This document shows positions 23,978-34,490 of a stretch of DNA of 64,000 nt, in pieces; the first letter of the stretch is position 1; every line of letters starts with the position of its first letter. The notes beneath the pieces were generated by a model. That model was given only the letters and a program-made list of their open reading frames with translations, did not search any database and had not been told where the DNA came from. Made by a program: the position numbers and the translations under genes. Location: assembly GCF_011386835.1 (NCBI RefSeq), contig NC_088813.1:10044001-10108000 (forward strand). The letters run 5' to 3'. The DNA is from Chrysemys picta bellii. Its lineage: Eukaryota.

Positions 23978-24101
23978 TAGGGTGACCAGACAGCAAGTGT
24001 GAAAAATCGGGACAGTGGGTGGGGGGTAATAGGAGCCTATGTAAGAAAAAGACCCCAAAACCAGGACTGTCCCTATAAAATCGGAACATCTGGTCACCCT
24101 A
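23978..24101. mobile_element. hAT (Blackjack-type) MITE, 124 bp
   Basis: Same TIRs as 20744-20867; TSD gctctctg / gctctccg (1 mismatch). Confidence 0.9.
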
Positions 24102-24116
24102 GCTCTCCGCTGCTGC

Positions 24117-24243
24117 GAATGCACAGCTGGAGCGGAGGAGTATATAGAATGCACAGCTGGAGCGGAGGGTATATAGAATGCACAGCTGGAGCGGAGGGTA
24201 TATAGAATGCACAGCTGGGGGGGGTATATGGAATACACAGCTG
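24117..24243. repeat. Minisatellite, 29-30-bp unit, ~4.5 copies
   Basis: Unit gaatgcacagctggagcggagggtatata repeated in tandem. Confidence 0.9.
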
Positions 24244-25084
24244 TAGAGGTTTGCAGAACTGCGCAGCTGGTGCTGAACACAGCGGTCTCATCTTTATACT
24301 CCACTATAGTAGTTCTGTTTCTGCTTCTTTCATAGAACCCCACCCTGTCAATCTAACTGGGGGTCCTATGATAGTACAGATAATGATAACCAAAGCGAGT
24401 GAGAACCCTCTGCTGATCCCGCCCCCTCCCCGATGTCTTCACTCCCATTCCCATCCTATCTGAGCCATACAAGCCCAAAGACTCTCTGGTTCTTTGTCCC
24501 AAGGAGTGATTGGGGTATCCAGGGCTGCTTGGCATTCCTCCCTTGGCACGATGCCAGTGCTCCATCGCTGACGTGCTTCATCAAAACTAAACCGAACTGC
24601 AGCACAAAGGAGAAAATCCGGGCTTAGGTATTAACATCCCACATTAATTTTTCTAGAAAGACTGTAACGAGATAAGCCTGGAGAGCCAACAAGTGCCAGC
24701 GCTAGTTAGGGAATATTATTGCTGGCCATTGGCAAGTGGACAGGACTGCACATAAGTATTACGTAAGCCTTGTGTTCTCCAGCCCTGGGTCAGAAGGACG
24801 CTCCCTCCATGCAGGAGGCAAAGGAATTTTTATTTGTCCTTTGAATTTGTACTGTGGTTGCTGAGTCTTTATGCATATCTGTGGCCAGAAAGACTGCTAG
24901 CCCACCCATTCTCTCCGATGGGATCTCCCGCGCTGGATGGGGGTTGGCATTTCAGCCCTCACTCGTGCTGTCTCCTCTTCCACCATCACTGTTAATATGG
25001 CAGCCCCTGGGAACCCCAGTCAAGGACCAGGGCCCTGTTTTGATAGGTGCTGTACAAAGAAATAAAAAAGACAGCACCGTTTTG

Positions 25085-25747
25085 TGATATGTGCCAGCAA
25101 TGCCCCTTTGCCATGTACATTGGCCAAACCGGACAGTCTCTACGCAAAAGAATAAATGGACACGAATCAGACATCAAGAATTATAACATTCAAAAACCAG
25201 TCGGAGAACACTTCAACCTCCCTGGTCACTCAATTACAGACCTAAAAGTCACAATACTCCAACAAAAAAACTTCAAAAACAGACTCCAAGGAGAAACTGC
25301 AGAATTGGAATTAATTTGCAAACTGGACACCATTAAATTAGGCTTGAATAAAGACTGGGAGTGGATGGGTCATTACACAAAGTAAAATTATTCCCCCATG
25401 CTAATTTCCCCCCCCACACACACTGTTATTCACACCTTCTTGTCAACTGTTGGAAATGGGCCATCCTGATTAGCACTACAAAAGTTTTTTTCTCCTGCTG
25501 ATAATAGCCCACCTTAATTGATTAGTCTCGTTATACTGTAGTTGGTATGGCAACACCCATTTTTTCATGTAATCTGTGTGTATATATATATATCTTCCTA
25601 CTGTATTGTCCACTGCATGCATCCGATGAAGAAGTGGGTTGTAGCCCACAAAAGCTTATGCCAAATAAATGTGTTAGTTTCTAAGGTGCCACAAGTACTC
25701 CTCATTCTTTTTGCTGATACAGACTAACACGGCTGCTACTCTGAAAC
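25085..25747 (+). mobile_element. 5'-truncated Penelope-like retroelement: GIY-YIG endonuclease C-terminus plus terminal repeat with a decayed hammerhead
   Basis: ORF ...CQQCPFAMYIGQTGQSLRKRINGH...KPVGEHFNLPGHS...ELELICKLDT... has the GIY-YIG pattern of PLEs. Downstream repeat: gcatccgatgaa..gtggg..cccacaaaagcttatgc...gactaacacggctgctactctgaaac. Confidence 0.92.
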
Positions 25748-25769
25748 AATACACATTGTCCGTGCTGTA

Positions 25770-25954
25770 CAGGGCTGACGGGGGGGGGGGGGGGGGGGAA
25801 GCCGGTACAAATTACTGGGGCCTGGCGGTCCAGAAGGGGGCCCAGGGCCCGGCTCCCCTCCCCCCCTCGTTGGCTCTGTTTATCCAGTCCACCCTTGCTG
25901 TGGGGCCCGAAAAAAAATTTTCACCGGGGCCCGAACCCGTTCTCGGCAACCCTG
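25770..25954. mobile_element. hAT MITE
   Basis: cagggctg...caaccctg ends; perfect 8-bp TSD gtgctgta. Confidence 0.85.
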
Positions 25955-27948
25955 GTGCTGTAGGATCCATTAACAGTAGCAGAGAGAGGTTTGAGATGGC
26001 TCTTCCATGGATTTCAGCCCTGGAGCAGGTGTGGGAGTTAATAGGCTGTGAGAGAACCAATGTCCTGTTAAGGGAAATTAGCGGTAAAGGGGGTCAGGGA
26101 CATGGCTCGCTTGGAGTAAAAAGGCCAGTCGTAATGAAATCTTGAAGGAATTAGCTATTAGGTCCAGGTGGGCCATAGATTGCAGGTGGGTAAGAGGAAG
26201 GATGGTCACCTGGCTCCGGCACTGGATGAAAATTCAGGAGATCTGAGTTCTAGTCTTGGCCTTGGCCTTGCCACAGGCTTCCTGCATGACACTGGCCAAG
26301 TCAGTCCTGTGAAAAGCAGCCGGGTATAGGGTGCCTTCGTCCTTGAGCATGTACCTTGGCCTAGTTTTCAGAGCAGCTGCAGCTTCCCTCCGTAAGAGCC
26401 GCGGATGCTCAGCACCTCTGGAAACGCAGCCCTACGTACATTCCCAAATCTGTGGTCACTTCTAACGCTTTTACCTTTGTTTCTCTGCATCTTCTATACC
26501 AGTGGAAAGGGGGAGACTGATGCCTCACTGCCGCACAGGAGAGATTCACCTTCCAGAGTGGGCATGTGAGGTTGTCACTCCCCACCCTCCCTCCAGTTCT
26601 CCACCTGGATTACAGATTTCCCTGCGTCCCAGTGGGGTGGTTTGATGCGAAGTGTATTCTTTCATTTGCCGTGTGTTTTCACTGAACATGTCCGAGTAGC
26701 TAGTGATTAGAACAGGCGGCTGAGAAATCAGGATGCCTGGGTTCTATTTTTAGCTCTTCTCCTGCAATCACAGACACCACACTTGACCGTCTTGCATTTG
26801 TCCGTGAAACGGGGATAATACTATGTAACCTCCCACCACTGGGGTGTTGGGAGGCTGAATGAATTAATGTTTGAGCTGCCTGGTAAAAGATGCTGGAGAA
26901 AAGCAGTTCATGATGAGATTGTAATTGCGCTGTGACCAAGGGGTGCGGGAAAGAGACTCCTGCATTATTTCAATCTGCGTTGTTTAATGGAGAGTGGATT
27001 TCTTTTGTGAAAGGTCTTTCCCTGCAATTCCTTTAAGTAGGTTCTGCTATAATCGGGTCAAAAGCTGATTGCAAATAATCACCGGAGAGAAAAAAAAATG
27101 GAAGGATTTAAGACCAAGCTGTGCTTTTCATACTATTAATTGAAAACCTCTGGGAGATAATGTGTTCCTTCTCCCATCTGAAACCTGTAAGCCGCTATTA
27201 AAGTCCCCCTTTCTGCCCTGCTTTTGAAGGAAGGGTCCCTGATGAGATTAAGGCTGCAGCAGGCACAGAGAACCTTCTTTAATATTCTTCCTTCGGGTGT
27301 GAGTTGATTTACAAACGGGTCAGGAAGTTACGGGCTGGAATGGGAGCAGTTTCAGTGATGGGATGTGCAGGGCTGTGCACGGTTAGAGTCTCTCTCTGCT
27401 GCAGAGTTGCAGACACAGAGTCCTGCAAACGGGGAGCATTTTAAATTAAAAAATACACGGAAGCATTTCCTTACACATCATAATACTAATAATTCCTAGC
27501 ACTTATCATCCACAGATCTCAAAAGTGCTTTACAAAGGAGGGAGAATGCATCATCCCTGTTTTACAGATGGGGAAACTGAGGCACAGCAAGGTGAAGTGA
27601 TTTGCACAAGGTCACCCCAGCAATCTAGTGGCAGAGCTGGGACTAGAACGCAGGTGTCAGAGTCCCAGTTTAGTGCATGCACATATTTTGTTCGCACTCT
27701 CTCTCTCTATCTATACCATCCCCGTAGAGGGCCAGCAGTTATTCCAGTGTAAATGTACTTGTTACCAGTATAGCTTAGTCCCATATGGAAAGGGACTAAG
27801 CTCTACCGGTATACACACACTTATACTGGTATAACTACATCCACACTAGGGGTTGTGCTGGTGTGACTGCATCAGTAAAACAGCACACTCCTAACAGACA
27901 GTTATACTGATACAAACAGTGTGTGCAGACCAGGCCTTCAATTATGAT

Positions 27949-28167
27949 CAGGGCTGGCTCCAGGCACCAGCTTACCAAACAGGTGCTTGGGGCGGCCACT
28001 TCGGAGAGGGGCGGCACGTCCAGCTGTTCGGTGGCAATTCGGCGGACGGTCCCTCACTCCTGCTCAGAGCGAAGGACCTCCCGCCGAATTGCCGCCGCAG
28101 ATCACAATCGCGATCGCGGCTTGTTTTGTTTTGTTTTTGTCTGGCTGCTTGGGGCGGCCAAACCCTG
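27949..28167. mobile_element. hAT MITE (cagggc(c/t)ggctc family)
   Basis: cagggctggctcc...ttggggcggccaaaccctg; TSD attatgat / gctatgat (6 of 8). Confidence 0.75.
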
Positions 28168-29219
28168 GCTATGATCCTGCGAGGGAATCAGTGCCCAGTG
28201 TTGAGCCCAGCGCAGGGACTGACTGTGTAGGGTGGGGGTGGCTTGTACTTCCCCTGCCCTGGGACGGCTGCTCTGGCCCCTCTGGCAGTGCCTCCTAGCA
28301 GCAATACCCGTGGGGCATTGTGCCACCGTAGAATAACTGAGCCATACCCCCTCCTCTCTTCCGCCAGAACCCATCCCTGCCGCGGTTAGCAGCATGGAGT
28401 CGGCTGCGGTATTACCAGGAGACTTTATCACCATCCTAAAGTGGCCGCAACACACCCAAGAATCCCCCACCCCTTGGAGTCTTTGAATTCCTCCTGCCCT
28501 GCTGGGGTTTCCCATCAAATAGCACCAAATTCCTGTTTAAAAACAAACAAGACACATCAGCTTCCTCCTGGCCAGGTGGACTTTGAAGGCTTCCAGATCA
28601 TATATGAAGTAAGGCCTGTGCAGTGCTCAGCACCTGAACACCTCCTACCCTCGGAGTGGCCAATTTTTGGTGTTAACCTGAATGCCCCAGCTCCTGGAAT
28701 CATGGGATTACCCAGGCCTCTCAACTTTCCTTTAAACAAGAAAGTAAGTTTCTAGCCCTTGTGGTGGCAGAGAAAAGCTTGAAAATGCAGTTTGTACAGG
28801 CTTACAAACCAGGAGGCAAAACCCCCAAATAGATGATTTTTTAAAATCTCATGATGTTGTAAGCCAGTCTCATAATTTTTTGGGGGGTTGGTGATTTTTG
28901 ACTACTTGGCCGTGCTGATCCCCTGAAAGTTACTGGGAGTAACACCTCACAGGGCTCATTGTTGTCTGGTTTCCAGGGCCGTCATTCTCTTTGTCTTCGG
29001 ATAATTGAACCTTACAAATGAAACTGAGAGCAGGAAAGTTTCCCCCAGGCACAAATAAACTCATCAGGTACTTACCTAGATCACAAGCTGATCTGTGTGT
29101 CTGATAGTCACCCAGAATGTTCTGCTTCTAAACTATTGTTTTCATGGAAAGGGGCATGAGAGGCTGAGTACATTATAAACAAAACTGGTTCAAAAATACT
29201 TTAACAAAGAGTTTCTTCA

Positions 29220-29495
29220 CTGTGAAATGTCCTAGCAGTGAAATCCTGGACCCAGGAGTTGGGTTATGTGGGTTTTGCTCCTGACAGAGCTATCCTGGAA
29301 GGTCTTTAGTTATCTACCTCCTATTGAAAGGTGCCTAAAACTTCTGGGCCTTCATTTCTTAGTGCCCATTTTATAAAAGTGGGGTGATAATACTGACCAA
29401 TCTCCCATGTTGGCTGGGAGGCTCAATTCACTACGGTTTGTAAAGTGCTTTGAGATCCCAGATGAAAAGGGCTAAGATCACACAAAGTATTAGCA
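29220..29495 (+). mobile_element. MIR-type SINE with gtaaagtgctttgagat tail
   Basis: Core cctcatttc...cccattttataaaagtggggtgataatactgacc plus shared tail. Similar copies lie near 26.7-26.9, 27.5-27.7, 39.3-39.5, 43.6-43.8, 46.6-46.8, 50.4-50.6, 51.4-51.6, 53.7-53.8 and 54.9-55.05 kb. Confidence 0.65.
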
Positions 29496-30231
29496 TGGAG
29501 AAAAGCCCGCTCTGGTGACAAGCAGACTGTGCATTCAGAATCCTGTGTCGCTGTGGCCCTGTCGGTCCCAGGATATTCAAGGGACATGACCGGGGAAGGT
29601 CTTTTTTCTTTTTTTTTTATTGGACCCACTTCGCAATCCCCGAGTTTTACTGTAAAAGAGAAAAGGCAGCTTACCCTTTCCAAAATACATCGTTAATTTT
29701 TTTTTAAATCCGAGATGCCCAAGTGTCCCATCCCCATTCCCTGCTCTTCTTTCCTTCCCCCACCCCCCAAAAAAACTAGTCTGGTCATGCACACTTCAGA
29801 GTCATTTAGAGTCCCGTGCGTCACTGCCTTGATCCTTGTGCAGTCACTGACACCAGGTGTAAAATGCTACCAGTCTGGAGTGGCAGTCTCTCTCACATGC
29901 ACTGTGCGCTGCTCCAATTGCAGACACAAGGTTGAAAGCAACAGCAGGTGATGGGAGCCAGGGTGGGGTGGGGGAGTTTTGTGCTGGGCATTGCAGCTGC
30001 AAACAATTATGAACTATTCAGGTATGAAATGGAACTTTTTTTTGGAGCAAAAATAGCTGTCGTCACATTGAAGCTGCAAGCAGAAAAGAGCTGGTTACTT
30101 TACTTCTAAACGTGGCTCTTTCTTGCAGGAAAGAAGCTGCTCGAGTCAGCTGCCCTGCCCCTCCCCCAGCTCCTGACTCCCTTGGGGTTTAACGCTGACC
30201 CCAATGTTTGGAATAAAAGATTCGTGTGTAA

Positions 30232-30302
30232 GGGCCTGATCCAGAGCCTGTTGAAGTAGATGGAACGACTCCCAGGACTCCAGTGGGCTCGTGATCAGGC
30301 CC
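30232..30302. mobile_element. ~70-bp palindromic MITE
   Basis: gggcctgatc...gatcaggccc with TAA on both sides. Related degenerate copies lie near 1.1, 2.4, 18.7, 39.2, 40.3, 49.1-49.5 and 55.2 kb. Confidence 0.7.
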
Positions 30303-30329
30303 TAAATGAGACAAACTCCATCCAGGTGA

Positions 30330-30385
30330 AAAGAACAGGAGTACTTGTGGCACCTTAGAGACTAAGCCCACTTCATCAGATGCAG
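30330..30385 (-). mobile_element. Penelope terminal-repeat fragment with internal deletion
   Basis: aaaagaacaggagtacttgtggcaccttagagactaa is joined directly to gcccacttcatcagatgca, so the GAAA half of the ribozyme is deleted. Confidence 0.75.
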
Positions 30386-31395
30386 CCATCCAGGTGATTT
30401 TCCTTCTAGGCTTTGCACTTTATTTTAGTCGTCTAGCAGGAGCACTGAATGAGTCTGTGCTGTCTCTGAATTCCTATAGGCAGACTCCTGAGGTGTTGGC
30501 TATTACTCCACCTTTATTCAGGCAACCTCTCATTGACTTCAGTAGGATTTCACCCTGGTACGGACAGATTAAACACAGAGTAAACCCCTATGAGCCTTAT
30601 TCTGCTAGGAGTCCTGTCGCTAATGCATTGAATTGCAGATGGCATTGTTGTCAGGACAGGTTTTCAAAAGGGCCCAGGGGATTTGGGAGCACAGGCCCCT
30701 TTGACTGTCAATGAGACCTGTGCTCCTAAGTCTCATAGGTGTAATGAGTCATTCAAATGATTCCCTCCAATGTGCATCAGTTTTCACTCATCCGTATGGA
30801 ATCTCATCTGCTATGGTGCAGCCCGGTCACCTAGCTCTCGGGTCCCCATGGTCTTCTCTAGTCACAACCTACCTGTGGGTCTTCTGAAAATGTTGTTTGC
30901 AGCCTTCTCCAGACAATTAATAAATACGCTAACCTCAGACTTGGTATGGAACATTTCACCATGATCAAAATGTATTCCTAGTCTCTGTTTTCTCTGTCAA
31001 CCCAGGACTGGACTTAATCTCTCTTAATAAATGCTAGATTAGGAGGGGATGTAACCGTTTCAGATAGCAAGGCATTTTCCGTTAGTGAGGTTGTACTGGA
31101 ATGCAAATACTGTGACAAAAAAGAGTTCAGAGTTGTGTGTGTCCTTGTCCGAAAGCTCAGGAACAATGAAAGTTTCCCATTTAGGGTTATGCTATGAGAG
31201 CTCAGACAGGGCCTTGTGCAGGTGACGAATGGGGTTTATTGCCATATAAAACTAAGTCTATCCCCAACCTCTTGTAGAACACGCCATAAGAGAGAACTAA
31301 GAAGAAAATGCCATTAAGACCCCTATCCTGTACGCTGTCATCTCACTATAGCCCAGCAGGTGGCATGCTAAGATTACTGCCAATGAATACGTTTA

Positions 31396-31481
31396 CAACA
31401 AGGAATCTGGTGGCACCTTAAAGACTAACAGATTTATTTGGGCATAAGCTTTCGTGGGTAAAAACCTCACTTCTTCAGATG
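31396..31481 (-). mobile_element. Penelope terminal-repeat fragment with intact hammerhead core
   Basis: Minus strand reads catctgaagaagtgaggtttttacccacgaaagcttatgc. Flanking near-direct repeats atgaatac(g/a)ttta at 31383 and 31479. Confidence 0.8.
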
Positions 31482-31594
31482 AATACATTTATTACCCTGC
31501 CTGCCTTTCTCTACACACACTGTGGTTGTTTCACCTGCTTATTGTGTCTTGTCCTCAAGGTGCAAACTCTTCAGGACAGGGACTCTGTTACTAA

Positions 31595-31847
31595 GGGCAA
31601 GTCTACACTGAAAACGCTGCATTGGCACACTGTAGCACTTTAACGAAGACACTTTAAGCCGATGGGAGGGCTCTCTCCCGTCGGCATACTTAATCCACCT
31701 CCCCGAAGGGCAGTAGCTGTGTCGATGGGGGAAGCTCTCCCGCTAACACAGCACTGTTTACATAGGAGGCGAGGTCGGTATAACTATATGGATTTTTCAC
31801 ACCCCTGAGCGATGGAGTTATTCCGATATAGGGTTCTAGACCAGACC
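31595..31847. mobile_element. Harbinger-type MITE
   Basis: gggcaagtctacact...tagaccagacc with TAA TSD on both sides. Confidence 0.75.
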
Positions 31848-32168
31848 TAAATACGTGCCCTGTGCCTGTGCACAGAAAGATCCCAGTCACATTCGTGTCC
31901 CAAGCCACCAGCATCATAAAGTTATTCCTAGTCCAATGATTGTGGTTCTGTTGCAACTAACACAAAATATTAAAAGTAAGAATACCCAGGTGACGGGATG
32001 CAGAGCCCAGCTAGCAAAGGGCAGTTGGGTCAGAGGTTTGCACAGATGTTATGGTTGTATATAATTTACAAGCAGTGGTTGGGGCTTATTTTTCAGTTTT
32101 CCTATCCCAACCCCCTCCCCTCCCGCCTTCCATATTTAAAGCAACCCCTCCAGACACTGTATATAATG

Positions 32169-32191
32169 AATAAAATATATAGCTGTTTATT
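32169..32191. terminator. Candidate polyadenylation signals on both strands; the minus-strand one is a possible TRNP1 3' end
   Basis: AATAAA on plus at 32169-32174 and on minus at 32186-32191, in AT-rich 3'UTR-like sequence with U/GU-rich downstream elements each way. Confidence 0.35.
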
Positions 32192-34108
32192 TATGTAAGT
32201 GCTGACTTCCAGAAAGCGCCTGCTATAAAGCACCAAGTGCAACGTGTGTATATTCAGTCCAAGTCCAACTACAGCATCTGCTCGGGATCTATCCAGCATA
32301 AACACATGAGGCAAAGATTACATAACAGACCTGCTGTCTCTCTCTCTCTCTCTCACGCACATCAAGGTAGTCTCTGCACATTCATGAGTCAGTGTGATCA
32401 AAAAAAGTGATCTTCAAGTTTAAAAAAATAAAGGGATGAGAAGCCTCTTCTGGCAGAAGAGTCAGAGTCCCATGCAAAGTGAACAATAGAAGCCAAAGTG
32501 ATGGATGAGGCCCAGTGCAAAGAGACACTTTAACCATCGTTTTTGTGACTTGTTCCACGTGGTTGATTGTCTGTTTCTGCACGGGCTTGAATCGTGGCGT
32601 GGTTCTTTGTATCCAACCTGAAACTTGCAAGCAGGTTTTCAGCAAGGGAGTCGGTCATCAGAACCCATTACAACCTTGCCCCGAAGGGCTTCCACCAGGG
32701 AAGTGTCAACGTTGCGTATTGTACTGCTCATTCAGACTGAACTTCACCCGTGTGCAGTGGGCCGGCACAAAGCATATGCACCACTTCAGTCCCATACCAG
32801 TGGGCTTAGGCTAGGAGAGATCAGGTAGAGGACATGGAAGGACAAGTCAGATGTAAGCAATGCCTATGCCTAGTGCTAGCCCTCTGCCCAGGGGGTATGT
32901 TTCACCCTGAGGGGCACAAACCTCTTGGAGAACTTAAGGCCAAATCATGGCCCCATGAAAGTCAGTGGCAGAATTCCCAAAGATTTCTATGGGATCACGA
33001 TTTCGGTCTAGCTCATGGTTACAGGGCACCTCAGAATGTAACAATCAGATTCTGAATGTGAGAGTATATTGCTTCTAAATGGAAACATTCATTCAAAGCT
33101 GCAGGAGACTCTATTTGGGCATCTTGGTGTCCCAGCTGGGAGGCATTGTGGTCACTACAATCACCGAAGAGGAGACTGGTCTCTGTCCCACTAAGCTGTC
33201 TCAGTGGATACTGGTCCATCATGAATAGAAACATCGTCCAAAACTACAAGACAGCTACTGACCAGCTGTAGGGGTTAGTGCAGTCCAGTAGTGATGTCCC
33301 CGGGTGGATTGCTGAAGTCTCAGGCTGGAGACGTGCAGGGGTAAATTAAGGCAGGATTCTTGGATCCCGTCCCCCCCGACCAAAAGGGGACCAGATGCAG
33401 CAGTGAGTCAGAGCAACAGGCTGATTGCTGCCAGCAGCCTGATGAGGAGGGAAAAACAGATGAGTCCATGTGGGAGCTGGTAAGGACAGTCTGTCTGGGG
33501 GAGGCAGAGCCTCTCTAGAGGGCCCACTGGGTCTGAAAGCACCCCTGGTTAGCAAAACAGATTGGGCGGTGACACAGCACACCGGGGTCTTCTACATGTG
33601 ACATGGGATTGACCCACATTGGGGTTTGTTCTGCTCCTGATGAATTGAATCTTCATTCATTCTTTACAGATCAGAGCTCTTGCACTCGTGAGGACTTGCC
33701 TGTGGTTCGAGAGGGCAATCCGCCAGGCCTGGTGCAGTCATGGACAAGACGGGTGGGTAGTCGTGGGACAGGAGTTCTGCAAGCCAAGGTGGGGTGCTAC
33801 CTGGGGCCCCACAAGAACTGGACCCTTCTTAGGATGGGTGCTATAGAAACTCCCACAGGGCAAGCCTAGAGTGGACGCGTTTCCCTGTGCCTCCGGGTGC
33901 TCTCCCTCCCTGCTTCCCCCAGGGGACACGGGTGCTAACTACAAGGTGGGGGGAGGGCACAGGTCGAGCACAACTTTCCATTTCCCAAAAGGGCCCAGGG
34001 GAGGCAGTTGCTGAGTGGGGTCCACCCAGATCCCAGATCAGAGGGCTGCGGAGGGGGAGCCGCTCCCTCCCACAGGTCCCAGCTGAAGTGGGTGTGCCTC
34101 CCACCACC

Positions 34109-34490
34109 CCCAGGATGGGGCCCCTCGCTAGGACAAGGAGCCCCTCCCAGCACAGGGGTCCTCCCCTCCCACCCCCAGGATGGGGCCCCTCGCTAGGACA
34201 AGGTCCCCCCCCAGCACAGGGGTCCTCCCCTCCCACCCCACCCCCAGGATGGAGCCCCTCGCTAGGACAAGGTCCCCCCCAGCACAGGGGTCCTCCCCAG
34301 GATGGAGCCCCTCGCTAGGACAAGGTCCCCCCCAGCACAGGGGTCCTCCCCAGGATGGGCCCCACCCAGCACAAGGGTCCTCCTCTCCCACCCCCAGGAT
34401 GGGGCCCCTCGCTAGGACAAGCCCCCCCAGCACAAGGGTCCTCCCCTGCCACCCCCAGGATGGGGCCCCTCGCTAGGACAAGCCCCCCAG
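34109..34490. repeat. GC-skewed minisatellite, ~44-68-bp unit, 7 copies, starting 21 nt after the TRNP1 stop
   Basis: Core ccccaggatgg(g/a)gcccctcgctaggacaag...cagcacaggggtcct repeated. Confidence 0.92.

Noticed and set aside
24117-34490. Regularly spaced repeats resembling CRISPR arrays (24.1 kb and 34.1-34.5 kb)
   Set aside because: Eukaryotic context, no unique spacers and no cas genes; these are ordinary minisatellites.
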